Shown: positions 40,199-50,252 of the stretch, in pieces | Layout of the letters: the number at the start of each line of letters is the position of its first letter | Position numbering within the stretch: position 1 is the stretch's first letter | Assembly (NCBI GenBank): GCA_041746255.1 | Contig: JBGTHM010000023.1 | Span: 1 to 64,000 of the forward strand | Source: Fibrobacteria bacterium | GTDB lineage: Bacteria; Fibrobacterota; Fibrobacteria; UBA11236 | Direction: 5' to 3' | Length of the DNA: 64,000 nt | Notes under the pieces: model-generated | What the model saw: only the letters and a program-made list of their open reading frames with translations | Databases searched by the model: none | Told to the model about the DNA's origin: nothing | Made by a program: the position numbers and the translations under genes

Positions 40199-41278
40199 TC
40201 AGCGAATTTTCCGTCCGTCCGAGCCGAAATAGTTGATGCCACAATACGAAGTTAGGGCAAGTTTGTTGCCGTAGTTCCATATCATACCCGTCTTCGGTTT
40301 ACGGAGTTTGCCTTCCTGCCTCGGTGGTCGCAAAGAAGCAGGTGACAAGGTTAATTCCAGCAAAAGACCCTTTTTTCCAATGAGCCAGATTAAACCCGGT
40401 TCAACCCGATGTAACTTACCAAGAGGACGGATTTCTACTTCCATCTCCAAAGGGCCAGTCCAGAGCGTGTCGACTTCCCCCTCACCAGACACTGCCAGGA
40501 TTAAATGCTGCTGGATGGCCAGGAGCCGGTCCGGGCCATCCATAACGACATCCAGAATCGGCCTCCCAATCAGCAAGGGCTGAGGCTGGAGACTTTCGTG
40601 TATTCTCCAAATGCCGCCATAATACAAAGATGCGAAAACGCCTTGCTCCGGAGCTATGAAATCCTGGGAAGTGATGAAATTGCCGTCGGGTGCATCCGCC
40701 CGGACGCTCCAGGTGCGCCCACCGTCTGTTGTTTTCAGTAGATTCACATTAGCAGCCACATAGGCTGTATTCTCGGAAGCAAACCGAATCTGCCCGTAAT
40801 AAGCGTTTTGATCAGCGAGGAAATTAGGACTACCAATCGACCAAGTCAGTCCACCATCCGCAGTATAAAAGAGCAGGGAATCCGAAGAAATAATCCCCGT
40901 GAATTTTCCATGGAAGGCCACATGTTTAAAACGGATACCTGGATAGGAATACGCTGTGGCCCAGGTACCCCCTCCATCGTTGGTACGGAACAACCCGCGC
41001 TCTGATAAGATAAAGCCATTGCTTTCATCAAGGAACCAGACGTCGGAGAAAGAGGAGTCCGGGTCGACCTTAAGGTTTTCCCAGGTTTTCCCCTCATCTT
41101 GAGTCCTCAGAATGAAATTCCCTGAACCTACGGCGAAACCAACGCGTTTTGTAGGGAAATGGATAGCGGCTAGGTCAAAGTGCGTCCTGGAATCAACCAC
41201 CCGGATAGAGTAATCAGCATGCACCGGCAAAAGTGGAAGCCATGCAGCAAATAAAACGGTTTGAAATAATTTCATCAT
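40199..41278 (-). CDS. Secreted YCF48/BNR-repeat beta-propeller protein
   Basis: Repeated T-x-D-G-G-x-T-W Asp-boxes; signal peptide. Confidence 0.85.
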   Translation of the reverse strand: MMKLFQTVLFAAWLPLLPVHADYSIRVVDSRTHFDLAAIHFPTKRVGFAVGSGNFILRTQDEGKTWENLKVDPDSSFSDVWFLDESNGFILSERGLFRTNDGGGTWATAYSYPGIRFKHVAFHGKFTGIISSDSLLFYTADGGLTWSIGSPNFLADQNAYYGQIRFASENTAYVAANVNLLKTTDGGRTWSVRADAPDGNFITSQDFIAPEQGVFASLYYGGIWRIHESLQPQPLLIGRPILDVVMDGPDRLLAIQQHLILAVSGEGEVDTLWTGPLEMEVEIRPLGKLHRVEPGLIWLIGKKGLLLELTLSPASLRPPRQEGKLRKPKTGMIWNYGNKLALTSYCGINYFGSDGRKIR

Positions 41279-41329
41279 ATTACGCCCTTTTACCACTAGT
41301 GCCGCCGATTCTTGCTTCACATACGCCGA

Positions 41330-42706
41330 CTAGAGCAATGCCAGTTTGCTAATCTGCCGCTTGTCCCCAATAGTGAGTATGAAATAATGGATGCCGGGCG
41401 GGATGCCTCGACGATCGAACTCAATTAAATTCATGCCGGTATTTCTTAATGCGAAATTCTTATTGGATTTTAGCACCTTTCCATGCATGTCCACGATTTT
41501 ATAATGGACGAAATCCTTCATGTCGCGAACTTGGAATTCCATCCTTACCATGGGATCCGTCGGTATCGAAAGAACCTTGGCAAGAGGTGATCCAGAACCA
41601 TCGAAAAATTCAGTCATATCATCCATAGAAGGAGCGTCAACTATTCCATCATGCGCCGCAATCTTTGCCAAGAGTGTACCACCGCACCTAGGGTTACCGG
41701 TGGGGTCCGAAACAGCCCTCATCTCCCCATTGCTTACAAAACCGGGATTGAAGACGATTTCTCGACGAGAGTTGAAAGTTGCATTGCCTCCAGCAGGCAC
41801 AGTCATGTTCGCTACTTCAATCCGCCCCGGATAGATGAAGCAATCGGGAGCGGAGGTAGGCGTGAATTTGCGCCCCGTGCCAACGACGTACCCCCCCCCA
41901 AGCTTCGCTACTCCATTCCGGGCATAGAAGACACCCAAATCCCTTTCAGACCTTAAAATCGAGTTCGGGAGAATGGTGACCGCACCCCGGCTGGCCGAGT
42001 TATATGGAGAAAAACCATATATGCTTTGTTGATAGGTTGTACCGGACGGAAATCCGTTTTGGATCATCCAATCATCGAAAACCTTGTCTACGAAGATGTG
42101 GTGCATCCAAAATGCTGGATCCCTTGGGGATTGTCTAGTTACCATGTCACCGCCTATCCAAACATGGGCTCCGTTGTGGAGATCCGTCATCTCGACGCGG
42201 GAGTGAGACATGGTCTGGTAATTCACCTCATTCAAAGCCGCGTCCACGAGTGCATTCGTCACAGGGAGAGTACCGGACATGACCCTCTCACGACCAGGAG
42301 TTAACCATTGGGTCAGGCTCGGGTTACCTAGAAAATCTGCATTGAACATGGTTGATGACTTTGTCTGATTGGCGGGGTTGGTCTCATCCCAATACGGTAT
42401 ACCTGAAATGCCGCATGTTTGCACATGCTCTTCAATAAGCTTGGATGCGATTCGGTGCCAGGGCATGAATTGGTCCCTTGCCCACTGAGATTGATGATGG
42501 ATTTGGCCGAACCCTGCATCATGCATCAGATAAAGTTGGGTATGGGGCGTGCTGCTCGTGGCATTACAACTTGCGTAAGCCGACGCGAAGAACTGTCTGT
42601 CTGCCGTGGACATTTCACTCACTGGATATCGAATACTCTGGGCATGAAGCGAGACTGCCCCAACGCATAATCCGGAGAGCATGGCAATCGTAAAATTATT
42701 TTTCAT
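41330..42706 (-). CDS. Secreted tyrosinase-family dicopper protein with T9SS-like C-terminal domain
   Basis: CuA (H...H...FMPWHR), YWD, CuB (HNGAHVWIGGDM...SPRDPAFWMHH); tail IVDMHGK...PGIHYF. Confidence 0.9.
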   Translation of the reverse strand: MKNNFTIAMLSGLCVGAVSLHAQSIRYPVSEMSTADRQFFASAYASCNATSSTPHTQLYLMHDAGFGQIHHQSQWARDQFMPWHRIASKLIEEHVQTCGISGIPYWDETNPANQTKSSTMFNADFLGNPSLTQWLTPGRERVMSGTLPVTNALVDAALNEVNYQTMSHSRVEMTDLHNGAHVWIGGDMVTRQSPRDPAFWMHHIFVDKVFDDWMIQNGFPSGTTYQQSIYGFSPYNSASRGAVTILPNSILRSERDLGVFYARNGVAKLGGGYVVGTGRKFTPTSAPDCFIYPGRIEVANMTVPAGGNATFNSRREIVFNPGFVSNGEMRAVSDPTGNPRCGGTLLAKIAAHDGIVDAPSMDDMTEFFDGSGSPLAKVLSIPTDPMVRMEFQVRDMKDFVHYKIVDMHGKVLKSNKNFALRNTGMNLIEFDRRGIPPGIHYFILTIGDKRQISKLALL

Positions 42707-42745
42707 GGACTACTCCTTTGGTGGTGCTCAATGCAGGACAACTCA

Positions 42746-43717
42746 TCATTTTACCTTGGTTATTAGGGTTTTCAGCTCCGCATTCTGAGCTGCCAAGGCA
42801 ACAATCTTGGATTCCTGGTCGATGAGGTACAGAGTGAGTTCTTCGATTTTTTCCAGAAGCTTGACTTGCATTTCCCCGACGTCGACGCCGGTTTTAGCCA
42901 CCTCATCAGCCTTCGGAATGCCAGGAAGGTGCCCTTCTTTCTCAATGAAAGCCTTAACATTATCAAGGGGCCTGAGCTCATAATCTTTCTGGAAAACATA
43001 ATCTGCCCAACCCGAGGTTGTGACAATTAGGGACTTTGCTGTGACGGTACCGTTAACTGCTAATCTGCTTTGAGGATTTATGGTTCCGATACCTACAAAT
43101 CCGTTACTCTGGATAGTGAGGTACCCCCCGTTCCAGCTGGTATTATCGTTGGAAGAGCGGAGATCACCCTGACCAATGATGAACTTCGAACCATTGTGGG
43201 TATTTCCAATATTCCACCAAGACCCGTTCCCACTGGGGAGGATAGTGGCTACACCAGGAAGACCCGCAGCAGGACCAAACATTACCTGACCGCCCCGAAC
43301 ATCCAACTTAGTAAGAGGGGAAGCGTTTCCAATACCCACCATCCCATTCGATTGAATAGTTAAAAGTGCAGAATTCCAACTGGTATTGTCGTTGGCCGCG
43401 CGCTGGTCACCATGTGTGATCATGAATTTCGTGCCGTTGTGTGTGTTTCCTAAATTCCACCAAGCCCCGTTTCCACTGGGACGAATAGTGGCTACACCGG
43501 GAAGACCCGCAGCAGGACCAAACATTGCCTGGCCGCCCCGAACATCCAGCTTAACCAATGGAGCAGCAATGCCGATGCCGACTCTGTCTCCGCTATTCGT
43601 CGTATAAGTGGCTCCTGAAGTCCCGTTCCGGGTCCACTGGGCGGAGACAGAAGATGCGAGGATGGCGATACCCATGGTAGCCGACGAGACTATTTTGAAC
43701 ACCTTGTTGCTTGACAT
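42746..43717 (-). CDS. Secreted tail-fibre-like protein of the FCB type
   Basis: Signal peptide; VGIG...P..KL.V.G repeats; WADYVF..Y.L..L....FI...HLPGIP...KLLEKIEELTLY coiled-coil end. Confidence 0.8.
   Translation of the reverse strand: MSSNKVFKIVSSATMGIAILASSVSAQWTRNGTSGATYTTNSGDRVGIGIAAPLVKLDVRGGQAMFGPAAGLPGVATIRPSGNGAWWNLGNTHNGTKFMITHGDQRAANDNTSWNSALLTIQSNGMVGIGNASPLTKLDVRGGQVMFGPAAGLPGVATILPSGNGSWWNIGNTHNGSKFIIGQGDLRSSNDNTSWNGGYLTIQSNGFVGIGTINPQSRLAVNGTVTAKSLIVTTSGWADYVFQKDYELRPLDNVKAFIEKEGHLPGIPKADEVAKTGVDVGEMQVKLLEKIEELTLYLIDQESKIVALAAQNAELKTLITKVK
43100..43583 (-). repeat. Intragenic tandem duplication, two units with 243-bp (81-aa) period
   Basis: GCTACACC(A/G)GGAAGACCCGCAGCAGGACCAAACATT recurs at 43248 and 43491. 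Confidence 0.9.
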
Positions 43718-44508
43718 ACGTTTCCTTTGTTTTTGGTCGGTTTGCATTAGCAACTGGGGGGTATTCCATATGCTAACCCGTCCGAAAATTACGCCAGGCT
43801 AAATCAGTTGTCAAGCATCAATTTTTGTGGTACATGGAGGAAAAATGAGTCTAAAGGGAAATATTTTCCGGGAACTTAACCTCGTCAAAAGTTGGGTGGC
43901 CTTAGCTTTAGAAAAACCGTGACTATGATTAATAAGTTCTAGCATATAAACCGGCATGTTTATTACCGCGAAGTTTCCGGAAAAAAATGTTCCCCAATCG
44001 CGTTTTCATCCTGCCTTGAGTTATTCGGTTAATCCGGCCACCAAATTGTGAAGCCTTTCGGCAGTCAGTACAGTTAAACAACATCCCGACCTTCTATTGG
44101 AGGTCACCAGCGGTTTTCGAATTTTAGATGTCGAAATCGATTCGATTCTCGTTTCCGAGATCGGATGAACGGATGCATGTCCACCCCAGCGAATCTCAAA
44201 TTGAACGACCAAACTTTACCGTGGTAGCCACAATTTATAGGTAGACCGCCCCCGAATTGAAGCAACCGCCTTCGCAAAGTGAGGACTTAGCTGAAAGTTA
44301 AAAGGTCCCCAACTCAATTCTCTTGCCTCTACTTTGCTGGGCTTTTTTGATGCCTCTTTACAGATTGTTTCGAAGCAGAGAAACTAGTTGAGTTGGGATG
44401 TGCCAAATAGGCATACCTTTTTAGGGTCAAAATGACTTGATCAAGGCGGTAATTCGCTGAAAAACGGGGTTTTTTAGGCATAGGGTACAATTTCCCGGAT
44501 TTCTTAAC

Positions 44509-44555
44509 TTGACATCCCGCACTACCATTGGATAAATTAAGACTGAATCTCAATT
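44509..44555 (+). promoter_or_regulatory. Sigma70-like promoter of exbBD-tonB with an overlapping Fur-like box
   Basis: TTGACA(44509)-18 nt-TAAATT(44533); palindrome AATTAAGACTGAATCTCAATT at 44535-44555. Confidence 0.8.
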
Positions 44556-44560
44556 TAGCC

Positions 44561-44600
44561 TTATCCTCCTTCGCGACCTACAGTTCGCGAAGGAGGATAA
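44561..44600. repeat. Perfect 16-bp inverted repeat in the exbB leader
   Basis: TTATCCTCCTTCGCGA-CCTACAGT-TCGCGAAGGAGGATAA. Confidence 0.9.
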
Positions 44601-44613
44601 TCGCGAGGAACCC

Positions 44614-45270
44614 ATGCGTGACGGCCTTGTAACATCCACCCTACCCCTGCTGCAAGCGGTAGAAACCGGCTTGTTGGCCCTACTGGTCTTGCTGGGCGTT
44701 ATGGTAGTGGGGATTTTTATTTGGCGTTCGTTGGCCATCAGCCTGGCCGCGGGCCGCCCCGAAGCCTGGTTGGAAAAAGTGGCCGGCGATTTAACCGGGG
44801 AAATGACCGCGCTCTCCAAATCGGGTGTTGAGGGTGAACAGTCGGTACGCTCGGTCCCCGGTCGTATGGTCAATACAGGAATTAAAAATGCGCATCTTTG
44901 CCCCGAGGCCTTGGAAAAACTTTTAGAAGCCCAGGAACTGCGCGAGCGCAAAACTTTGGAAACCGGCGTCTCCTTTCTGGGGACGGTGGGATCCAACGCC
45001 CCCTTTATCGGACTGACCGGCACGGTCATCGGAATCCTCGTCGCCTTTCAGCAAATGGCGGGCTCCGGCGGGCGCGGCGGACCCGAAGTGATGTCGGCCA
45101 TCTCCGGAGCTCTGATTGCCACCGCCGCAGGGCTTATCGTGGCCATCCCGGCGGTGGTTTTTTACAACATCCTGAAAGCCCGCATCAAAGCGACGCTCGA
45201 AAGCGCGCGGGAAATCCGCATCCTACTGGTAGCCCGTAGCTTGCAAGCCACGGTGAGAGAAGAATTCTGA
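44614..45270 (+). CDS. exbB: MotA/TolQ/ExbB proton channel
   Basis: LGTVGSNAPFIGLTGTV.GI, ALIATAAGL.VAIPA. Confidence 0.9.
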   Translation: MRDGLVTSTLPLLQAVETGLLALLVLLGVMVVGIFIWRSLAISLAAGRPEAWLEKVAGDLTGEMTALSKSGVEGEQSVRSVPGRMVNTGIKNAHLCPEALEKLLEAQELRERKTLETGVSFLGTVGSNAPFIGLTGTVIGILVAFQQMAGSGGRGGPEVMSAISGALIATAAGLIVAIPAVVFYNILKARIKATLESAREIRILLVARSLQATVREEF

Positions 45271-45271
45271 C

Positions 45272-45682
45272 ATGGCCGCCACCGACAATTTAGAATCCGA
45301 AGACGGCATAACCGGGATCAACATCACCCCGCTGGTGGATATTTTTCTCGTGCTGCTTATTCTGGTCATGATCACCAGCACCATGCTCGATCACCGACAA
45401 ATCGACGTCAATATTCCCACTGCCGCGCAAGCCGGCACCGAAGCGCCCAAAGCCTCGGGCCTGGTTATGGATTTGGAACGGCGGCTTTATCTGGATGGCG
45501 AAGCTCTCGACTCGCTTTCCATTCTGTATCGTCTCGGAGAATCGGTAAGACGGGATTCCAGTCATCAGGTTATGATTTCCGCCGACGCGGCGCTGGTATA
45601 CCAGGATGTGATTAACCTCCTCGATTTGGTAAAGTCCGCGGGAATCGCCCAATACGCTCTGAAGGTTGTGCGGCAGCCATGA
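45272..45682 (+). CDS. exbD: ExbD/TolR
   Basis: INITPLVDIFLVLLI, ISAD. Confidence 0.9.
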   Translation: MAATDNLESEDGITGINITPLVDIFLVLLILVMITSTMLDHRQIDVNIPTAAQAGTEAPKASGLVMDLERRLYLDGEALDSLSILYRLGESVRRDSSHQVMISADAALVYQDVINLLDLVKSAGIAQYALKVVRQP

Positions 45683-46476
45683 TTAAGGATATGGCAAAGG
45701 GAATCCGGAAGCGCACTCGGCCCTTGCCCCGAGGCCTTCGCTGCGTCAGCCCCGACATCTTTCGGACGCTGCAATTCTCCCCTGCTTCCTTTTCGGTTTC
45801 GGGCCCATCCCGGAAATACCGCGCGGCGGTCTTTCTCCTTGCCGCCACCGGTTCAGCCATTCTGGGGTGGGCCTTCTCCCTTGACAAGCAGCTGGAAACG
45901 ACGACTGCGGAGAAAGCCGATATCGTAGTCTTCACCGAAGAAATCGCGCTTCCCGAGCCCCCTCCTCCGCCGCCACCTCCTCCCATGCCGCCTCCACCAC
46001 CCCGGACGCCGCCTCCCGATCCCATCCAACCTCCCGAGCCTGAAATTGTTGCGGCGGAAGAGCCGACTCCCGTTTTCGGGATTCAGGAAGAAGCATTGAG
46101 CGAAGCGGGAAACATGGCGGTTGCCACCGGTAATACCTTGATGATGCAAGCCGACAGCTTGGTGCAAGCGGCTCCCCCCCCCTTACCCGCCGCTCCGCTT
46201 TTCTCCGAGCGTCCCCCGCGTATGCTGAAGGGCGTCTCTCCCGAATATCCCCGCCGCGCATTGAATTTTGGTCTGGAAGCGACGGTGATCGCTCTCATCA
46301 CCATCGATAATACCGGCAGGGTAACCCAGGTGGAAATCGAGAAAAGCGGCGGCCGCGATTTCGACCGCAACGTGGAAAAGGCCGCGCGCCGAGCCTTGTT
46401 CGAGCCCCCCGTGAAAGAAGGCAAGCCCATGGCGGCGACCTTCCGGCAGCCTTATGAATTCAAGCTCGAGGGCTGA
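45679..46476 (+). CDS. tonB: Energy transducer TonB
   Basis: TM anchor, poly-Pro linker, C-terminal PEYP..A...G.E..V domain. Confidence 0.9.
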   Translation: MIKDMAKGIRKRTRPLPRGLRCVSPDIFRTLQFSPASFSVSGPSRKYRAAVFLLAATGSAILGWAFSLDKQLETTTAEKADIVVFTEEIALPEPPPPPPPPPMPPPPPRTPPPDPIQPPEPEIVAAEEPTPVFGIQEEALSEAGNMAVATGNTLMMQADSLVQAAPPPLPAAPLFSERPPRMLKGVSPEYPRRALNFGLEATVIALITIDNTGRVTQVEIEKSGGRDFDRNVEKAARRALFEPPVKEGKPMAATFRQPYEFKLEG

Positions 46477-46799
46477 AATTTGTCCGGTTGTGGCTGAACT
46501 CCGCGTTTTTCGGGATAAACCCGCCTGAATTCCCCCTTATACAATCCAACTTTTCCGCGCGCCCCGTTAAGCTTGGCGAACCGGAAATTCAATCGCAAAT
46601 TCCTTCCACATGGGACGAGGCTCGGAGGTACATTAGTGATCTGTGGTACAGATTTGCAGATGTTTTGAGCCAAACCTTAAAACAACGATGAACAGCGGAT
46701 TTTTTTGGTCCTTGTATAACATGAGGCTCAATTACGCTGGCGCTGCGACGTCCACTTTTAGATTGTCGTTGTTTTAATTCCAGAAAAAAGGAGAAAGCC

Positions 46800-47225
46800 A
46801 TGAAAAAACTCGCTGCAATACTCACTACCGCTCTGGCTTTGGTTGCCTGTGAATCCGGAACTTCGACCGATTTAGGACAACCGGAGAAAATAGTCATCGA
46901 ATTCCAAGAAGCGTCTCCATCTTTGGTTGTAAGCCTAGATACAACTGGGCAATATTCAACCGTGCGCCATACAAAAGGGGACGGAATGAGAGTTATCGTT
47001 TGCCAGGACTTTGCAAATATTGATTCGGATTATTTTCAGCAGCTTCGAACCTTAATTCAGAATGAAGACGAAAAATCGAATGCCATTGCCGTACTTTTTG
47101 ACAGAACCGGAAAGAAAGTCAACTCCGCCAAGATCAAAATAGAGGCCGGCGATGACTCCAAATCCTTGAATAAAATTTTCGCATGTCCGCTTCCTAATTC
47201 GGTTCCGAGAATATATCGAAAATAA
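46800..47225 (+). CDS. Hypothetical lipoprotein
   Basis: AAGGAG RBS, lipobox LVAC; AT-rich codon usage. Confidence 0.75.
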   Translation: MKKLAAILTTALALVACESGTSTDLGQPEKIVIEFQEASPSLVVSLDTTGQYSTVRHTKGDGMRVIVCQDFANIDSDYFQQLRTLIQNEDEKSNAIAVLFDRTGKKVNSAKIKIEAGDDSKSLNKIFACPLPNSVPRIYRK

Positions 47226-47414
47226 AAAGGAATAGAACAGAAGAGCATCATCTCCTAAACAAGTCAATCCACTTCGCACTACCACGATCGTTGTAAGTGA
47301 TATTACCTTGAAGTGTCGTCCATCGAAACACTCGATTCCTCCGGAAAATCAAGCTGGATTTCGAGCGATGAGAGAGGCAATGGAATTACCTGACCATTAC
47401 GCGCACAGGTTAAA

Positions 47415-47894
47415 ATGGTAAAAATCGTACTCATTATTGCAATTTCAGTCGTTTCTGCAGCGGCCGAGATCAGAGTATATGGCTTTGCCTCTGTTGGAGA
47501 GGCTCCATTCCAACCCAGCTATGATATGGGAGGTTCGGGTCCCTTGCCGCAATTTGGGGTAGACATGGAATTTGGCGCCACATACCTTTCTCCATATTCA
47601 AAATTCAGCATTGGAAAATACAATCATGGATTAATGATTGAAAAATATCTTGGAATACAAATTGGCTTACCCGTATTCCAAATAAAGCCATCCATTACCT
47701 TTGGAGTGGGGGTACAATCATTTAATCGAAAACGGTTCACGCAAGGAAACGAGTACACGCTTATTCGTGAAACCCATACTCCATTTGGATTTGGGGCGAG
47801 AATGGATGTGATGGGGAAATTATATGGAGAGTGGGACTGGAGAATTAATGGGTATCCATGGTGGAAAATCGAGATAGGTTATCGATTATTTTAA
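47415..47894 (+). CDS. Hypothetical small outer-membrane beta-barrel protein
   Basis: Signal peptide, amphipathic strands, C-terminal EIGYRLF. Confidence 0.7.
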   Translation: MVKIVLIIAISVVSAAAEIRVYGFASVGEAPFQPSYDMGGSGPLPQFGVDMEFGATYLSPYSKFSIGKYNHGLMIEKYLGIQIGLPVFQIKPSITFGVGVQSFNRKRFTQGNEYTLIRETHTPFGFGARMDVMGKLYGEWDWRINGYPWWKIEIGYRLF

Positions 47895-48279
47895 ACTATG
47901 GATTTAATACCATGTATTGAAATAGGAGGAAATTTTATAGGTGTAAAAATATTTTTTATGCCGATAGTATAATAGCCGCCACCACAAAAATGTTCAAGAC
48001 CTTACTAGATAAGCTGCCTATATAAGAACCGTTCGAGAGCAGCTTCATATGCGGAAAGCCTTGTAATAATTGAGGGATCGCTTTGCGGAGTTGCCCTTTT
48101 CGTGGGCGGAACCATTTGGCATTTCAGACGTTTATCCAATGCAGCGGATGCCCACAACGCCAAGTACCGGAAAGCTCGTATTCAATCACCCCATCCCACA
48201 TCACAGCCTCACCTACACTGGATGCGAAAAACAGGGCCATGGGAGTGCGATTTGCGTTGCAATATTGAATATGCATCAA

Positions 48280-50037
48280 TCACCTATGGAAAAAGACCTG
48301 CTTGGCCGCCACCCCGCCATCCTTATAATAGAGTGCTAAAACTTGGATACCCGGCAGGATGTCCCCCTTCGCGACATTCACGATGCGGGAAGTACCGAGT
48401 TGGTATTTCCGGGCAATTTTTCCATTAGCATTGAAAACCACCAGTTCGGAGAACTTCCCTTCCGGCAATTCCAAGGCATAACGGTTCGGCAGGCTCGTAA
48501 TCCCTATCCGGGAGTTGAAGCCTTTCTGCATAGCCCCTTGTAGAGCCGTTGGAAAAGCACGAGTCTCCTCGGAAATTTGGTTCAATGTGTACCAGGCCTG
48601 TCCCGTCCAGATCGGCTGGTTTTTCTGGGATAGAATATCCCGGTGGAATTGAAAATCCACCACGCGGCCCTCGAGCAAACCATCAACGGCCAAGTGGACA
48701 AAGGTCCGGGAAGCATCGACGGTTATCGCCTTTACGGACAGCGGGACATTATCAATTTTGGGTCCGCCATATTCTTTGGTGGGTACGTACCGCCAATGCC
48801 GCAGACGGTAATGGTCCGGGTCCTCGGCGGAGGGACCTACGGGCTGGGTGAATTTCAGGGTGAATCCGTCGGCCCGCGAAAGTATTTCCTTCACCTCGAA
48901 AGCGGTTTCTCCGGTGAATCTGGCAACCTGCATGCCGTAGAACTTGCCATTCGCATTCCAGGAATTGATTCGACTCCCCAGACCGCCGAAGAGAATATCG
49001 CCGTTGTCATCTTGCAGAAGGCGATGTACGCCGCATGTCAGACCGCCGGTAAAGTGGAACAATGCGCCCTGGTATTCCCCTTTCACCTTATCCAAGGAAA
49101 CCCGGTTGACGAAACTCTGGACATTGTCGCCAATCAGGAACTGTCCCGCATAGGGGCCTTTAGACAGCAACATGGGTTGGGTGGGGGATTTGGATGCTTC
49201 CGTATGAGGCATCCACACCGCCGGCGGGGACTCTACCAGGGCAGGATCGCCCGTTTCCACCGGTTGCAATCCAAAAAACCGTTTATTCGTGACATGGATC
49301 AACTTACTGGAGGGTAGCCAGGCTCCCTGGTTATCCGTGACGAAAAGCGAGCCGTCCGGACCCCACCCAAGACCATCGGGAGTGCGAAGGCCGGAAATCA
49401 GATATTCGATGGACTTATTCGAGACATTGATTTTGACCACGGTACCGCGCTCCTTCATTATCGGGTAGCTGGGAAACCCATGAGCCACGGTTCCGGAAGG
49501 GAGAGCCACGTAGAAGAAGCCATCCCGGTACTTCAGATCAGTGGAATAATGGTTATAGGTATAGGAATCTTCCCGATGGGGAAACTCGACCACCGTTTCA
49601 ATCGCTTCGGCGACTCCGTCCTTGTTCGCATCCACCATTTTGACCAAAGCGTATTTCATGGCGACATAGACTTCGCCATCGACAACTTTCACTCCCAATG
49701 GTTCCCTCAAAGTCCCTTGGTAATATTTCTTCAGGGTAGTTTTGGATTTGTCCCGGGACTTTACTCCCTCCATCATCCAAATTTCTCCGGAGGGTTTCGC
49801 GGGAGGATTCCAAATCCAGTGAGTGATTACGATCTTATCGTCGGTGACCCAATCCCACGCTCCCACTGTAACCGCCAGGTTGGCCGGCGCAATGTCGATC
49901 AACTCGATTCCGGGATTTTGGGCTTTTACTCTAGCCACATGACCAAAGGCTTCGGGTGCGGCCCAGGCCTTTTGCCCCAGAGCGCTATTGACGGAAACGA
50001 TGCCGACGGATAGGATGAAAAGCAACTGTTTCTTCAT
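48280..50037 (-). CDS. Secreted dehydrogenase-like beta-propeller protein (PVC/FCB type) with C-terminal sorting-like domain
   Basis: Signal peptide; EPLG, DANKDGVA, SGLRTPDG, TDNQGAW, YGGPK, AWYTLN. Confidence 0.78.
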   Translation of the reverse strand: MKKQLLFILSVGIVSVNSALGQKAWAAPEAFGHVARVKAQNPGIELIDIAPANLAVTVGAWDWVTDDKIVITHWIWNPPAKPSGEIWMMEGVKSRDKSKTTLKKYYQGTLREPLGVKVVDGEVYVAMKYALVKMVDANKDGVAEAIETVVEFPHREDSYTYNHYSTDLKYRDGFFYVALPSGTVAHGFPSYPIMKERGTVVKINVSNKSIEYLISGLRTPDGLGWGPDGSLFVTDNQGAWLPSSKLIHVTNKRFFGLQPVETGDPALVESPPAVWMPHTEASKSPTQPMLLSKGPYAGQFLIGDNVQSFVNRVSLDKVKGEYQGALFHFTGGLTCGVHRLLQDDNGDILFGGLGSRINSWNANGKFYGMQVARFTGETAFEVKEILSRADGFTLKFTQPVGPSAEDPDHYRLRHWRYVPTKEYGGPKIDNVPLSVKAITVDASRTFVHLAVDGLLEGRVVDFQFHRDILSQKNQPIWTGQAWYTLNQISEETRAFPTALQGAMQKGFNSRIGITSLPNRYALELPEGKFSELVVFNANGKIARKYQLGTSRIVNVAKGDILPGIQVLALYYKDGGVAAKQVFFHR

Positions 50038-50252
50038 TTCCGCTCCCCGGGATTGGCAGTACGCAAAAGCCTTTTATTATGTTTCAAACCACCGAATTCG
50101 GCACTACTGGTAGCTTAAAGATAATCCTTTTTGCTCGGAAATCAGTCCATTTCATGCCCCAACTGAAGCGAGAACCGGCTAAACCTCCTGCCCTTTTATT
50201 GCTACCAAAGGAACTGTAGCACAGTCGTAATTCAACCTACGGGAGCCCATCC

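Noticed and set aside
43100..43583. Repeat pair as a DGR template/variable repeat
   Set aside because: Both copies are in frame within one gene, the differences are not adenine-specific, and there is no reverse transcriptase in the window.
42746..43717. Prophage remnant
   Set aside because: The protein has a signal peptide and no other phage genes are present.
43760..44500. Possible ncRNA, riboswitch or short ORFs (44021-44212, 44329-44553)
   Set aside because: No recognisable motif, RBS or family. An Rfam/Infernal scan would be needed.
45950..46040. CCN-rich low-complexity tract
   Set aside because: It encodes the ordinary proline-rich TonB linker.
46480..48280. Integron cassette array
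   Set aside because: No convincing RYYYAAC...GTTRRRY attC pairs and no integrase seen.
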